Assembly: GCA_050951325.1 (NCBI GenBank)
Contig: JBMNIW010000005.1
Coordinates: forward strand, 192,001 to 256,000
Direction: 5' to 3'
Length of the DNA stretch: 64,000 nt
Source of the DNA: Clostridia bacterium
Lineage (GTDB): Bacteria > Bacillota > Clostridia > UBA1212 > DUPL01
The notes under the pieces were generated by a model. The model saw only the letters and a list, made by a program, of their open reading frames with translations, did no database searches and had not been told where the DNA came from. A program made the position numbers and the translations under genes. Position 1 is the first letter of the stretch. Every line of letters starts with the position of its first letter. Below are positions 10,840 through 21,689 of the stretch, piece by piece.

Positions 10840-12606
10840 ATGGAAGGAATATCAATATTCAACATTATCAATCTAATTGGTGGACTAGCAATCTTCTTAT
10901 TCGGCATGACTTTGATGGGTGAAGCCTTGGAACGACGTGCCGGCAACCAGCTAAAAAATGTTCTAAGCAAACTAACCACAAACAAATACAAAGGTTTTCT
11001 GTTGGGCTTAATAGTTACGGCTATCATCCAGAGTTCATCAGCCACAACTGTTATGGTAGTTGGATTTGTAAACTCTGGAATAATGGTGTTGAGGCAAGCC
11101 ATAAATGTCATAATGGGTGCCAACATAGGTACAACAGCAACAACATGGCTTTTGTCGTTAATTGGAATTGAAGGCGATGCATGGTTTGTACAGATTCTTA
11201 AACCTACATCCTTTACACCAATTCTTGCATTAATCGGCTGTATTATGTACTGTTTCATTAATGAAAAGAAAAAGAAACATACCGGATTGATTCTTTTAGG
11301 ATTTTCTGTATTGATTTTTGGTATGGATATGATGAGTGAGGCTGTTAAGCCGCTTGCTGAAGTGGAAGGTTTTAGAAATATACTGCTTCTATTCAGCAAT
11401 CCAATCTTAGGTGTGCTTGCAGGAGCGATTTTGACATCAATTATTCAAAGTTCATCAGCGTCTGTAGGTATTCTCCAAATGTTATCGGCATCTGGTGCCG
11501 TAACGATGGGGTCTGCTATACCAATTATAATGGGACAGAATATTGGTACGTGTGTAACTGCAATGATATCTTCTGTTGGGGCGAATAAAAATGCACGCCG
11601 TGCTGCATTGGTACATCTGTATTTCAATATATTAGGTACAATTGTTTGGTTGATGGTGTTCAGTATATTGAACTATATCTTCTCATTTGCTTTTGTGAAT
11701 CAGGCAGCAACTCCATTTACAATTGCAATAGCACATACAGCTTTCAATATACTTAGCACAGCATTGTTATTCCCATTTACAAAACAACTAGAGTGGCTTG
11801 CTGTTCGTTCAATCCCTGACAAAAAGGATAAGTCCGAAGAGATCAACCTGCTTGACGCACGTTTGCTTGCAACTCCGTCAGTGGCAGTTAACAGAAGCAG
11901 AACTGTCGCTGTTACTATGGCAAATACATCAGTTGAAACATTCAAACAGTCTATGACAATACTTAAGGCATACGACAAGGACTTGGCAGAAAAAATCAGG
12001 GAAGGCGAGAGCAGGGTTGATGATTTAGAGGACATGATTGGATCGTATTTGGTTAAGCTTAGCGGAAGAAACTTGTCCGAAGACAACAGTCAGGAAAGCT
12101 ACAAGCTTTTGCATCTTCTGAATGACTTTGAACGGATATCAGACCATGCAGTCAATTTGCTTGAGTCTGCAGAAGAGATACATGAAAAACAGCTTATCTT
12201 TTCAGATGAAGCCAAGAAGGAAATTAGTGTAATGATGGAAGCTGTCAATGAGATTCTTGATCTTGCGTTGAGAGCCTTTGTCGACAATGATTTGCAGGCG
12301 GCCCATTCCGTGGAACCTCTTGAAGAAGTTATTGACTTCCTGAAGTCGAAACTTAAGACTCAGCATATCAAGAGACTGCAAAGAAACGAGTGCACCATTG
12401 AACTTGGCTTTGTGCTGACTGATATTGTAACTAATCTGGAGCGTGTAGCGGACCACTGTTCCAACATTGCCGGATTGGTTATTGAAGTATCCCAGAACAG
12501 CTTTGACATGCACAATTTCCTTAAGACCATAAAACGAGATCCAGGAAGCGAGTTTGCAAGATTGTTTGAAACCTACATGGAGAAGTATACAATAGATGCA
12601 GATTAA
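10840..12606 (+). CDS. Na+/phosphate cotransporter family protein with PhoU-like C-terminal domains
   Basis: Duplicated QSSS motifs (IIQSSSATT, IIQSSSAS), GANIGTT and GQNIGT, PhoU-type ERISDHA and ERVADHC. Confidence 0.93.
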   Translation: MEGISIFNIINLIGGLAIFLFGMTLMGEALERRAGNQLKNVLSKLTTNKYKGFLLGLIVTAIIQSSSATTVMVVGFVNSGIMVLRQAINVIMGANIGTTATTWLLSLIGIEGDAWFVQILKPTSFTPILALIGCIMYCFINEKKKKHTGLILLGFSVLIFGMDMMSEAVKPLAEVEGFRNILLLFSNPILGVLAGAILTSIIQSSSASVGILQMLSASGAVTMGSAIPIIMGQNIGTCVTAMISSVGANKNARRAALVHLYFNILGTIVWLMVFSILNYIFSFAFVNQAATPFTIAIAHTAFNILSTALLFPFTKQLEWLAVRSIPDKKDKSEEINLLDARLLATPSVAVNRSRTVAVTMANTSVETFKQSMTILKAYDKDLAEKIREGESRVDDLEDMIGSYLVKLSGRNLSEDNSQESYKLLHLLNDFERISDHAVNLLESAEEIHEKQLIFSDEAKKEISVMMEAVNEILDLALRAFVDNDLQAAHSVEPLEEVIDFLKSKLKTQHIKRLQRNECTIELGFVLTDIVTNLERVADHCSNIAGLVIEVSQNSFDMHNFLKTIKRDPGSEFARLFETYMEKYTIDAD

Positions 12607-12615
12607 GAAAGAGAG

Positions 12616-13161
12616 GTGCTTACTATGTATGAACTGGTGAAGACCAGAAGAAGCATACGCAAGTACTTGCAAAAGGAAGTGGAGAAGGACAAGATAGATG
12701 TAATAATCAAAAGTGCCTTGATGGCTCCTTCTTCCCGAAGCAGAAGACCATGGGAATATGTTGTTGTTACAGACAGGGAGAAGCTGAAAGAGCTTTCTGC
12801 CTGCAGAGAGCACAGCGCAAAGTTTTTAGAAGGCGCTCCTTTGGGAATTGTCGTAATTGCGGATTCATCAAAGAGTGATGTCTGGGTTTGCGATGCATCA
12901 ATTGCATCAACAATCATTCAACTAACAGCGCATTCGCTTGGTCTTGGGTCTTGTTGGATACAAGTCCATAACAGGTTTGACAAAGAAGGTGTGAGTGCAG
13001 AAGAAAATGTAAGGAAAGCCCTTGATATTCCTGAGAGACATTCTGTCTTGTGTATAATAGCTATAGGTTACCCCGATGAATCAAAAAAGCCATATGAAGA
13101 AGAGAACTTACCCTATGAAAAAGTACATTATGAAAGATATGACAAAGAGGATGCCGAGTGA
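12616..13161 (+). CDS. nitroreductase family protein
   Basis: RRSIRKY, APSS..RRPW, LGLGSCW, IAIGYP. Confidence 0.92.
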   Translation: MLTMYELVKTRRSIRKYLQKEVEKDKIDVIIKSALMAPSSRSRRPWEYVVVTDREKLKELSACREHSAKFLEGAPLGIVVIADSSKSDVWVCDASIASTIIQLTAHSLGLGSCWIQVHNRFDKEGVSAEENVRKALDIPERHSVLCIIAIGYPDESKKPYEEENLPYEKVHYERYDKEDAE

Positions 13162-13174
13162 CATCCTCTTTTGT
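13142..13174. terminator. bidirectional terminator overlapping the nitroreductase stop
   Basis: AAAGAGGATG / CATCCTCTTT hairpin between convergent genes. Confidence 0.7.
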
Positions 13175-13175
13175 A

Positions 13176-14774
13176 TTACATTCCTGCATAAGTTTTCTTT
13201 TCATCTTTTTTTATGGGTTCTCCAAAGCCTTCATTTCCTTTTAGAATAGGACCACCATGGATTACTTCCGGATTAAGGAGACTGTCAAACAGCTTTTCTC
13301 CGATGAAAGCCCGTGACTTTGCTATACGTTCCTCTCGCTTTGTTTCGTCGTTAAGATCCACAATGGTGTAATAGATTGGTTTAGGTTCACCCATGGAACC
13401 GTCTTCATTTCTGCGTCTGATACCTAGATTCAAACCAAATTCATACTTATTGTCTACATATGCATGGTGAGTAAACAAATCAATTGTAGGAATATTTGTT
13501 ATCTTCAAATATGCAAGACAGTATGCAGCTGCAGCTTGTTCTTCACTGATTGCATCTCCACGGGAGTTGAAACCCTGCTCGGATAGGATAATTCTTCTAG
13601 GTTTGCCTTTGTACAAGAGTTCTTCTTGTGAAAGGTAAGCTGGCAAAACTTCAATATTCTTGAATGTAATTCTACGGGTCAGGAAATGGAACTCTGGAGA
13701 CCTGTCGTTATAGAAGTCGGGAAATCTTAAATCTTCTGGATATGGGTGATGTGCAACATTCCAGTCAAAGTTGCCATCTCTTTTAGCATGCTTGTTAATA
13801 TTGTCTATAACGGATTTTCCATCGTAGTAGCGAAGCGGCATGGTAACGTTGTGGGTAAGACCATGCCAGTAATGGTCAAGAGAAACATACACTCTAAAAT
13901 TTGCGTAGTGTTTCCTTGCGGATATCCATGCAATTCTCATGGCCTGAGTGTATTCAAGAGTGTAGTCTTCAACTGTCATTTCTCCTGAGTTGCCCCATAC
14001 ATACTGGCTGTCAACCTCGTTACCGATAATCATACCACCGAGGAGACCGAACTCTGAGTTGGGGTTTGTGTATCTTTCTGCCAGGAACTCAGTAAACGCC
14101 TTGTAGTAGTTTTGTCCGTCCTCGGTTACCATGTTGAAACTGCTAATAAATGCGTGGGGGTCGTTCCAGTCAAAGTTGGGATGAATAACTTTTGATAGAA
14201 GCAAAGGATCCCTTTTGCTTCCAAAATGTTTCGGAGAGTTCAAAAGAATAAATGTCATCAAAAGATTGAGACGTTTTGCTCTTCTCATAGTGTTATCAAT
14301 ATTGTCAATCTCTGATTTGATGAAATAATATTCCTTGCCGTCACAGACATATGTAATTGTGTCGTCCCCTTTATATGGTGTCATTATGGCGGTAAGGCTT
14401 ACGTTAAGTAGATTTTGACGGGTTCCAAAAAATTTTATATCCTCATCCGTACCGCCTGCAGCCTGAATGGATTCAGGTTGCGGATAAGGATAATCATACT
14501 TTGCCACATTGTCAAACTCAGTAACATATTTGATACCCTCTGCCTTTTTACTGTCATGCCAGATTTCGAACTCACTCCAAATCCTGTCATGGGAGCCATC
14601 AAATCTGGGTATAGTGATGGTGTTATCAACACTTTCTGCCTTTATGAAAGCAATTTCTCTGCTGCTCAGACCTATTGTCGGCACTTTCTCTCTTACATAA
14701 ACACTTGAGCGGTTATCGCCATCGTATTTGATAACGATACTGTCCTTTGCTGCCGTGATTTCTTTAATATACAT
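13176..14774 (-). CDS. DUF5722-like TIM-barrel glycoside hydrolase-like protein
   Basis: IIGNEVD, VSLDHYW, AHHPYP, IILSEQG (clan GH-A-like NE...E pattern); ATG 14774 after a purine-rich RBS. Confidence 0.7.
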   Translation of the reverse strand: MYIKEITAAKDSIVIKYDGDNRSSVYVREKVPTIGLSSREIAFIKAESVDNTITIPRFDGSHDRIWSEFEIWHDSKKAEGIKYVTEFDNVAKYDYPYPQPESIQAAGGTDEDIKFFGTRQNLLNVSLTAIMTPYKGDDTITYVCDGKEYYFIKSEIDNIDNTMRRAKRLNLLMTFILLNSPKHFGSKRDPLLLSKVIHPNFDWNDPHAFISSFNMVTEDGQNYYKAFTEFLAERYTNPNSEFGLLGGMIIGNEVDSQYVWGNSGEMTVEDYTLEYTQAMRIAWISARKHYANFRVYVSLDHYWHGLTHNVTMPLRYYDGKSVIDNINKHAKRDGNFDWNVAHHPYPEDLRFPDFYNDRSPEFHFLTRRITFKNIEVLPAYLSQEELLYKGKPRRIILSEQGFNSRGDAISEEQAAAAYCLAYLKITNIPTIDLFTHHAYVDNKYEFGLNLGIRRRNEDGSMGEPKPIYYTIVDLNDETKREERIAKSRAFIGEKLFDSLLNPEVIHGGPILKGNEGFGEPIKKDEKKTYAGM

Positions 14775-14930
14775 ATCTCTCCCTCTTTCATCTCTTATTG
14801 GACGTCTAACTATTATCACATATATTTCGGTGTGTCAATAAGGATTGTACGCAAAATTTGTAATATTGTATTGATGAATTATCTTTAATCGGATATCATG
14901 TATTTAACATAAATGTGGAGGGTAGAAAAC

Positions 14931-16235
14931 ATGAGATTATTTGCCATAATTCTTGCTTTTATATCACTTTGCCTTACAGGATGCAGCAATACGGGGAATT
15001 CTACAAAGAAGAATGCAGGTGTGAACACATCGCTGAAGTATGAAAAGGCACCAGTTATTACGGCTGATACAGAAGTATACAATGTCATGGATTTTGGGGC
15101 AGTTGGTGATGGGAAAAAGTCTGATACTGCTGCAATAAAAGAGGCTTATGAATATGTTTCGAATAATGGTGGGGGAGTTATATACTTTCCTCCCGGAAGA
15201 TATATTGTGGAAGGGACATTGGACTTAAGCCATCAAAACGGAAACAAGGTTGTTTTTGCAGGAAATCCGGATAGAAAGAAAGATACATTTATACAATCCA
15301 CAAGATCATTAAATGCTGATTTTATTATCTTGTCAGGCTCAAATATCCATTTCACATATTTGACTATTAGGAATCTTGGAGAAACAGGTTCTGTTGTAAA
15401 CATGCAATATGATAACTGTACTCTCACAGAGTGTGCGTTTTTACAGGAAAACCCTAAAAACGAGGAAGCTGCCATTGTTGTTAGCGGCTCGAACAACTCT
15501 ATTTCTTCCTGCTACTTTGGACCTGGCACCACCAACGGCTATATTGTCAATTTTACAAAAGAGCCAGGGAGGCAATCAAAAAACAACTCATTAACAGACT
15601 CATATCTGGGCGGAGGACTTCCAAAATCAGTATTGATTGATACAAAAGATGAAGGTCATTGTCCGGAAGAAATATTTATTTCAAGAAATGTATTTTTGTT
15701 TCCTGCCATTGGACAGGTATATGTGGTTTCTGTAAAAGGATTAATAATACATAACAACATGCTTGATGCTGCAACCACCGCCATTATTCTAAACCCTGAT
15801 TTAACAGGTATCAGTGATGTTGATATAAGGTACAACTACATGGGTTCCCAGAACAAGGATATAGGCATGTTTGCAGACAGAACCGACATGGCAGGTGGAA
15901 TAGTAACCGATATTGCAAACGGAGGGACTATTAAAAATGTGGTTGTAACTGACAACTACTTTTGGGGATATTACGGTATCAGAATAACTTCAAGCAAGTT
16001 TAATAGTTTTAAAATAATCAACAACTATTTTGTAGAAAGCAATGGAAGTTCAATTTACATAACCGAATCTGCAAACAATGTCATTGAAGGAAACATCATA
16101 TACAGCGGAGTTGGTGCAGTCCATACAGTATACATAGGAAAGATTGACGATAAAACTGTTTTTAAAGACAATGCAATAGCTGGAAGCATCAGCGTACCTG
16201 ATGTGGAGAAGTACAAGGATATGAATATGTTCTAA
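14931..16235 (+). CDS. lipoprotein with pectate-lyase-3 / right-handed beta-helix fold
   Basis: Lipobox LTGC; NVMDFGAVGDGKKSDTAAI...IYFPPGRY followed by Asn-rich beta-helix repeats. Confidence 0.8.
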   Translation: MRLFAIILAFISLCLTGCSNTGNSTKKNAGVNTSLKYEKAPVITADTEVYNVMDFGAVGDGKKSDTAAIKEAYEYVSNNGGGVIYFPPGRYIVEGTLDLSHQNGNKVVFAGNPDRKKDTFIQSTRSLNADFIILSGSNIHFTYLTIRNLGETGSVVNMQYDNCTLTECAFLQENPKNEEAAIVVSGSNNSISSCYFGPGTTNGYIVNFTKEPGRQSKNNSLTDSYLGGGLPKSVLIDTKDEGHCPEEIFISRNVFLFPAIGQVYVVSVKGLIIHNNMLDAATTAIILNPDLTGISDVDIRYNYMGSQNKDIGMFADRTDMAGGIVTDIANGGTIKNVVVTDNYFWGYYGIRITSSKFNSFKIINNYFVESNGSSIYITESANNVIEGNIIYSGVGAVHTVYIGKIDDKTVFKDNAIAGSISVPDVEKYKDMNMF

Positions 16236-16238
16236 GGG

Positions 16239-17396
16239 GTGAACAAGATGAGAAGATGGCATTTTCTATTGATTTTGATTTCTGTTTTGATATACGCAAG
16301 CTATGAAAAGGTGGATGGTAATATGAATGTAGAGAAGGTTCGATTTGGGGATGTTGATAATAGATATTTCAATGTAATGGATTATGGTGCCAAAGGTGAC
16401 GGTGTTGGCGATGACACCAAGGCAATTGAAGACGCAATAATAGCCGCATTGAAAGTTAACGGTACCGTGTATTTTCCTAAAGGCGATTATATAATATCGG
16501 AAACTATAAGGGTTGAGAAGGATGATTCCAGGAGACTTGTTTTAAAAGGCGATGGAGAATCCAGCAAAATCATTGGTAGTGACAACCTTAAAAATCATAT
16601 GTTTGAAATACTCTTAAAGTATAATTTTCAGGTTATTGATATGTCATTCAAGCATAATGGACCTGGTGGAAGCTGCATATATTCAGTTTTCCTAAGAGCA
16701 TTCAATTGCTACTTTGAATCAAATGCTGTCAATTCATCGCCACTTATCGACTTTCATGGTTCTGATTGCAAGATAGATTCCTGTACATTCAATACCAGCA
16801 GTAAGGAAAGTTTCTCCATCTATTATTCAATGCTCGACAATGAGATTTCCATCAACAACTATATTGTCGACAATATGTTCAAAGGTGTAGGAAAAGGTAT
16901 TCTTGTAGGTGATGGCAAATACACTTCTTCAGGAAGATGTGAAGGTCTTAAAATCAACAATAACAACTTTGAAAACACAGGCGAGAACCAGATTGTAATT
17001 CAGGAAATACTGCATGTGGATATAGCGAACAATATAATGAAAGGGTCATCAATGAGCGCAATAGTGCTTGCAAGTAAAGGCCATGGACCTGACGGGATTT
17101 TTATTAATCACAATACCATAAGCGCTAATTATGCCTGTATTATAACTGAAGGAGTAAAAGGAGACTACATATCCATGACAGTCATTAGTGACAATATATT
17201 GAGTGGAGGAAGCTACGGAATTTATGATAATGTAGGTTTGAACAAATGTTTTATTCGGGACAATGTCTTTGAAAAACAAGCTAAAAATGCGATTGAGATT
17301 GAAGGTGGGGTCAATTTATTCATCATTGACAATCTTATAAGAGACAAATCCATAAGTGTAAGTAACAGTGAAAAGTATGTGATAAAGAACAATTAA
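16239..17396 (+). CDS. exported pectate-lyase-3 / right-handed beta-helix protein
   Basis: Hydrophobic N-terminus; NVMDYGAKGDGVGDDTKAI...VYFPKGDY; repeated I.I.NN strands. Confidence 0.8.
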   Translation: MNKMRRWHFLLILISVLIYASYEKVDGNMNVEKVRFGDVDNRYFNVMDYGAKGDGVGDDTKAIEDAIIAALKVNGTVYFPKGDYIISETIRVEKDDSRRLVLKGDGESSKIIGSDNLKNHMFEILLKYNFQVIDMSFKHNGPGGSCIYSVFLRAFNCYFESNAVNSSPLIDFHGSDCKIDSCTFNTSSKESFSIYYSMLDNEISINNYIVDNMFKGVGKGILVGDGKYTSSGRCEGLKINNNNFENTGENQIVIQEILHVDIANNIMKGSSMSAIVLASKGHGPDGIFINHNTISANYACIITEGVKGDYISMTVISDNILSGGSYGIYDNVGLNKCFIRDNVFEKQAKNAIEIEGGVNLFIIDNLIRDKSISVSNSEKYVIKNN

Positions 17397-17485
17397 AGCA
17401 AGTGTCAAGCATCAAATATTGTATCGAAATCATGTGTGTGATATACTTATACTGTTTCATATAATATGTATATCAAGGTGGTTTA

Positions 17486-17869
17486 ATGAAAAGTATAAAG
17501 CCTGGTAGAGGACCATCCATGATGGGTGGAATAGTAGGAATAGCTGTAGCGTTATTTGGTGTGTTTTGGACAATAATGGCAGTCAGCTTTGGTGCCGGTT
17601 TCATGGCGGTGTTTGGCATAATATTTGTATTTATTGCAATAGTACAGGTGATATATAATTTCAAGAATGCTACGAGTAAAAACAGGTACTCATCTTTTGA
17701 CATTGTTGATAGTCATGAAGAACCAGATCCTTTGAATGAAAGGTTTGGTACGCCAACAAGGAATAGTTCATCAATAAAAGGGGCGAGTTCTTTTTGCCCA
17801 TATTGCGGAAATCCTGTATCTTCAGAATATGCTTTTTGCAATAAATGTGGCAAAATGCTGCCGGTTTGA
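17486..17869 (+). CDS. 2-TM membrane protein with C-terminal zinc ribbon
   Basis: Two hydrophobic helices; FCPYCG...FCNKCG. Confidence 0.8.
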   Translation: MKSIKPGRGPSMMGGIVGIAVALFGVFWTIMAVSFGAGFMAVFGIIFVFIAIVQVIYNFKNATSKNRYSSFDIVDSHEEPDPLNERFGTPTRNSSSIKGASSFCPYCGNPVSSEYAFCNKCGKMLPV

Positions 17870-17889
17870 TTAAAAAAGGAGCAACATAT

Positions 17890-18417
17890 ATGACAATTGT
17901 GGTTATATCTGATACCCACATTCCAGGAAAGGCAAAATCTTTACCTCAAATCTTGTACAACGAAATAGAAAAGTGTGACCATATAATCCATGCTGGAGAT
18001 GTAAATGATATCGCTCTGATTAATGAGCTTGAAATTTTTGATCCAGTTACTGTGGTTGCAGGAAATACCGACGGATATCAAATAACAGACAAGCACGGAT
18101 TTAAAACGATTGTTGAGTTATCTGGTAAGAGAATTGGCGTTGTCCATGGCAACGGACCAAGGGCAACCTTTGAGAATGTGAGAAGGGCGTTTTCAAAAGA
18201 TAATGTGGACTGTGTTGTATATGGACACAGCCATATTCCACACTGTGAGTTTTTGGACGGCATTCTATACTTTAACCCCGGTTCACCAACTGACAAAAGA
18301 CTAAACAAATACTATACATATGGATTGATTAAGATTTCCGAGGGTGAATTTTACCCTGAAATGATATACTTCAATAAGAATGGAATTGTTAAAAGAGTAA
18401 AAGTCCAGGAAGAGTAG
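17890..18417 (+). CDS. metallophosphoesterase (YfcE/YsnB family)
   Basis: SDTH, HAGD, GNTD, HG, GHSH, NPGS; RBS AAGGAG before ATG 17890. Confidence 0.92.
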   Translation: MTIVVISDTHIPGKAKSLPQILYNEIEKCDHIIHAGDVNDIALINELEIFDPVTVVAGNTDGYQITDKHGFKTIVELSGKRIGVVHGNGPRATFENVRRAFSKDNVDCVVYGHSHIPHCEFLDGILYFNPGSPTDKRLNKYYTYGLIKISEGEFYPEMIYFNKNGIVKRVKVQEE

Positions 18418-18484
18418 TGGAATTTTAAAATAGTATGATATACAATACAAGTAGTTGAATTGTTTTGTTAAAGGAGATATTAAG

Positions 18485-20764
18485 ATGTTTAAAGTCTCGC
18501 ATAGATGTATTGTATTGAGAGATGATGCTGTGGAAAGAAAAAGCTTGAACACAAAGCTTCTGGGTCATCATTTGCTGCGTGTTGAAGGAATACAAAATGC
18601 AGCCAGCATGTACAGGGGAAAAAATGCCTGCATTGTTGCGTCCGGTATTGCAAATATAATAGAGAATTTTCCACCCATAATACAGGACGGAGAGCTGATT
18701 GTTGGTTACAATTATCCCGACAACCCTTATCCTGACTGGTGGATTTGCCCGGATACCGAGGAATATCGAAAATTACTTCAAGAAATCGGATTCTCAAAAG
18801 AAAGGGTTGATAGATACTTTGCTACAAGAGACAAAGTATCAGAACTGTTTGATTATGCACCAAACCCTGAGTTTAATGAAGTTGACAAACAGCTGGATAC
18901 GGAGTGGGCTTCAATAGGTCGCTGCATATCCGACAATCATTCGGTAATAGGATATGAGGATGTATTAAAGTATGGATTTGAGGGCCTTTTGGAAAAGGTT
19001 TTGGAATATGAGCGTAAGAACGGCTCTTCTGATTTGTATGAAAGCATGAAGATAATCTGTAAATCAGCATGCAGGATTGGTGAAATATATGCAGATTTGG
19101 CAAGAAAACTGCAGCTGGACCCTTCTATTGATGAAATAAGACGATTGGAACTTGAAAAAATAGAAAAGGTATGCAGACAGGTACCTACAAAACCTGCACG
19201 TTCTTTCCATGAAGCAGTACAGAGTTTATGGTTTGCCCATATAATCAATACCTGGGAAGACGGAATAAATGCAAATTCGTTAGGGAGACTGGATCAGATT
19301 CTTTACCCATATTACATACACGATATAGAAAATGGAACTATTACAAAAGAACAGGTTTTTGAACTTATCTGCTGCTTATGGATAAAATTATACAGAGATT
19401 ACGATGTGCAGCAATCTTGCGTTGGTGGATGTCTGGCTGATGGCAGTTCTGTCGTAAATGATTTGTCATACATGATGCTGGATGCAACGGAGCAGCTTGG
19501 ATTTGTTCGCTGTCTGTCTGTAAGGTTCTCATCACAAACTGACAAAATGTTTTTAAGACGGGCTCTCGAGGTGGTCGGAAGAGTCAAATCTGGAATACCT
19601 TTCTTTTTCAATGATGAGGTAATGATTCCTGCCCTTGTTTCAAAGGGAATCTCACTTGAAGATGCAAGAAACTATACACAGATTGGTTGTGTGGAAACTG
19701 TAATTCCCGGAAAGTCCAATCCTCATGCAGTTTCAGGTCAAACAAATCTTCTTAAAGCTGTTGAATATGCTTTTGGAAACGGCAGGAGTTTGTTTAATCC
19801 TGAATTCAAACCTGGACTGACAACTGGAGATATTGATACATTTAAAACTTATGAGGATTTTGAAAATGCAGTTTTGAAGCAAATCAAACACATATTGGAC
19901 AATTCCTGCAAAAAGGTGTATGAATGGACATGTGCTGCAAGAAAAAACGCAGTAAAACCTGTAAAGTCACTTCTTACCGAAGGGTGTGTTGAATCCAACA
20001 GGGATTTCAACAACCATGGTGCAAAGTACGATTATTATCAAATCATGCTGGGAGGCGTACCAAACCTGGCGGATTCTTTGATGGTTGTAAAGAAACTAGT
20101 TTTTGAAGATGAAAGATATTCATTACAGTACATGAAAGAACAGCTCGAAAAGGACTTTCCAAATGAAATCTTCAGGATGGAGTGTATTCACAAGGTACCA
20201 AAGTATGGTAATGATATTGATGAAGTGGATGAGATTGCATCACGAATTATTGAATATTCGTGTAAAGTTCTAGACGAGATGGAAGAGAAATATGGTCTAA
20301 AATTTCATGCACAGCCCTTTACTTTTCTTTGGATGGTCGACCATGGCAGAGTAACTTCAGCAACTCCTGACGGACGAAGAAAGGGAGAAATAATTGCATA
20401 CAGCATGTCACCAATGCAGGGACGTGACAAAAACGGCTTTACCGCACTTATGAACACATTGTCAAAATTGCCTGGAAAAATGTGTCCTGGCACGGTTTCT
20501 GCCATTGTTGAAGTCGACCCAAAACTGTATACGGAGAACAACATAGATTACTTTGTAGATATACTTGTTGCGTGTGCCGGTAAAGGCATTGCAAATGTTC
20601 AGTTCAACACCATAGATGCAGATACCTTGATAGATGCGCAAAAGTATCCTGACAAGTATTCAAATCTTGCAGTACGAGTATCCGGCTTCAGCCAGAAGTT
20701 TAATTTGCTGGACAAAAACTTGCAGGATCATATTATAGGAAGGACAAAGCACCAATGCATGTAG
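18485..20764 (+). CDS. glycyl radical enzyme (PFL superfamily, non-PFL, substrate unknown)
   Basis: C-terminal glycyl motif AVRVSGFS, single-Cys loop IGCVET, SLGRLDQILYPYY, ATPDGR. Confidence 0.9.
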   Translation: MFKVSHRCIVLRDDAVERKSLNTKLLGHHLLRVEGIQNAASMYRGKNACIVASGIANIIENFPPIIQDGELIVGYNYPDNPYPDWWICPDTEEYRKLLQEIGFSKERVDRYFATRDKVSELFDYAPNPEFNEVDKQLDTEWASIGRCISDNHSVIGYEDVLKYGFEGLLEKVLEYERKNGSSDLYESMKIICKSACRIGEIYADLARKLQLDPSIDEIRRLELEKIEKVCRQVPTKPARSFHEAVQSLWFAHIINTWEDGINANSLGRLDQILYPYYIHDIENGTITKEQVFELICCLWIKLYRDYDVQQSCVGGCLADGSSVVNDLSYMMLDATEQLGFVRCLSVRFSSQTDKMFLRRALEVVGRVKSGIPFFFNDEVMIPALVSKGISLEDARNYTQIGCVETVIPGKSNPHAVSGQTNLLKAVEYAFGNGRSLFNPEFKPGLTTGDIDTFKTYEDFENAVLKQIKHILDNSCKKVYEWTCAARKNAVKPVKSLLTEGCVESNRDFNNHGAKYDYYQIMLGGVPNLADSLMVVKKLVFEDERYSLQYMKEQLEKDFPNEIFRMECIHKVPKYGNDIDEVDEIASRIIEYSCKVLDEMEEKYGLKFHAQPFTFLWMVDHGRVTSATPDGRRKGEIIAYSMSPMQGRDKNGFTALMNTLSKLPGKMCPGTVSAIVEVDPKLYTENNIDYFVDILVACAGKGIANVQFNTIDADTLIDAQKYPDKYSNLAVRVSGFSQKFNLLDKNLQDHIIGRTKHQCM

Positions 20765-21663
20765 ATACATTGATTGCAAATATTGTAAGAGGATCTCTAC
20801 ATGACGGCAGAGGCATTCGCACGGTAGTATATTTCAAAGGCTGCAACATGAAATGCAAATGGTGTCACAACCCGGAATGTATTTCTTTTCAGTCTGAGAT
20901 ATTGTATGCAGATAGCAAATGCATAAGGTGTGGTGTATGTGTTGAGACATGTACAAATCATGTTATTTATGATGACAAGCATGTTTTTAATCGTGAGGGT
21001 TGTACAGCCTGTGGGGAATGTGCCTCCAATTGTCCTGTGAATGCTCTGGAACTATGCGGAGTAAATATGAGTACTGACACAGTCCTAAAGGAGATTCTGA
21101 AGGACAAACACTATTACGATACATCGTCAGGAGGAGTTACATTCTCAGGTGGGGAGTGCCTGCTTCATCCAGAGTATGTACTTGAATTGTGCAAGCTTTG
21201 TAAAGAGAATGCAGTTTCGATAACAATAGAGACTGCATTGAATGTGTCTTGGGAAGCGATTGAGCTGGTTTATCCGTATGTGGATACTTTTTATGTGGAT
21301 ATTAAGCATATGGATGATGAAAAGCACTGTTTCCATACTGGTTGTAGTAATGAAAGGGTATTGAATAATCTGAAAAGGCTGGCAAAAGTCCATGGCGATA
21401 TCATTGTAAGAACTCCTTTAATACCGAGAGTGAATGATTCGTATGAGAATCTTGTTGAAACTGCTAAATTTGCACACAACCTAGGAATAAAGAGAGTTGA
21501 GTTTCTGAGATACAACATACTGGGTAAATCGAAATATGATTTGCTGCAGAAAGATTATGTATCATATTCTGACGAAACACAAGCCAAGGAGTATATGGAT
21601 GATTTGTGCCAAAGAATTAATTGCTTGATTGGTGAGGGGGATTTTGTTTTTTGGGTGGAATAG
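20755..21663 (+). CDS. glycyl-radical enzyme activating enzyme (radical SAM with ferredoxin insert)
   Basis: HDGRGIRTVVYFKGCNMKCKWCHNPE, two CxxCxxCxxxC clusters, GGVTFSGGE. Confidence 0.95.
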   Translation: MHVDTLIANIVRGSLHDGRGIRTVVYFKGCNMKCKWCHNPECISFQSEILYADSKCIRCGVCVETCTNHVIYDDKHVFNREGCTACGECASNCPVNALELCGVNMSTDTVLKEILKDKHYYDTSSGGVTFSGGECLLHPEYVLELCKLCKENAVSITIETALNVSWEAIELVYPYVDTFYVDIKHMDDEKHCFHTGCSNERVLNNLKRLAKVHGDIIVRTPLIPRVNDSYENLVETAKFAHNLGIKRVEFLRYNILGKSKYDLLQKDYVSYSDETQAKEYMDDLCQRINCLIGEGDFVFWVE

Positions 21664-21689
21664 TAAACTGATAAAAGGGGGAGTTTCAA

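Noticed and set aside
16248-16310. Possible mutated lipobox (IYASY instead of IYASC) in the second beta-helix protein
   Set aside because: Cannot be distinguished from a plain signal anchor without homologue alignment.
18485-20764. Calling the GRE pyruvate formate-lyase or HypD
   Set aside because: It lacks the PFL Cys-Cys pair; GCVET alone is not diagnostic for HypD and there is no P5C reductase neighbour.
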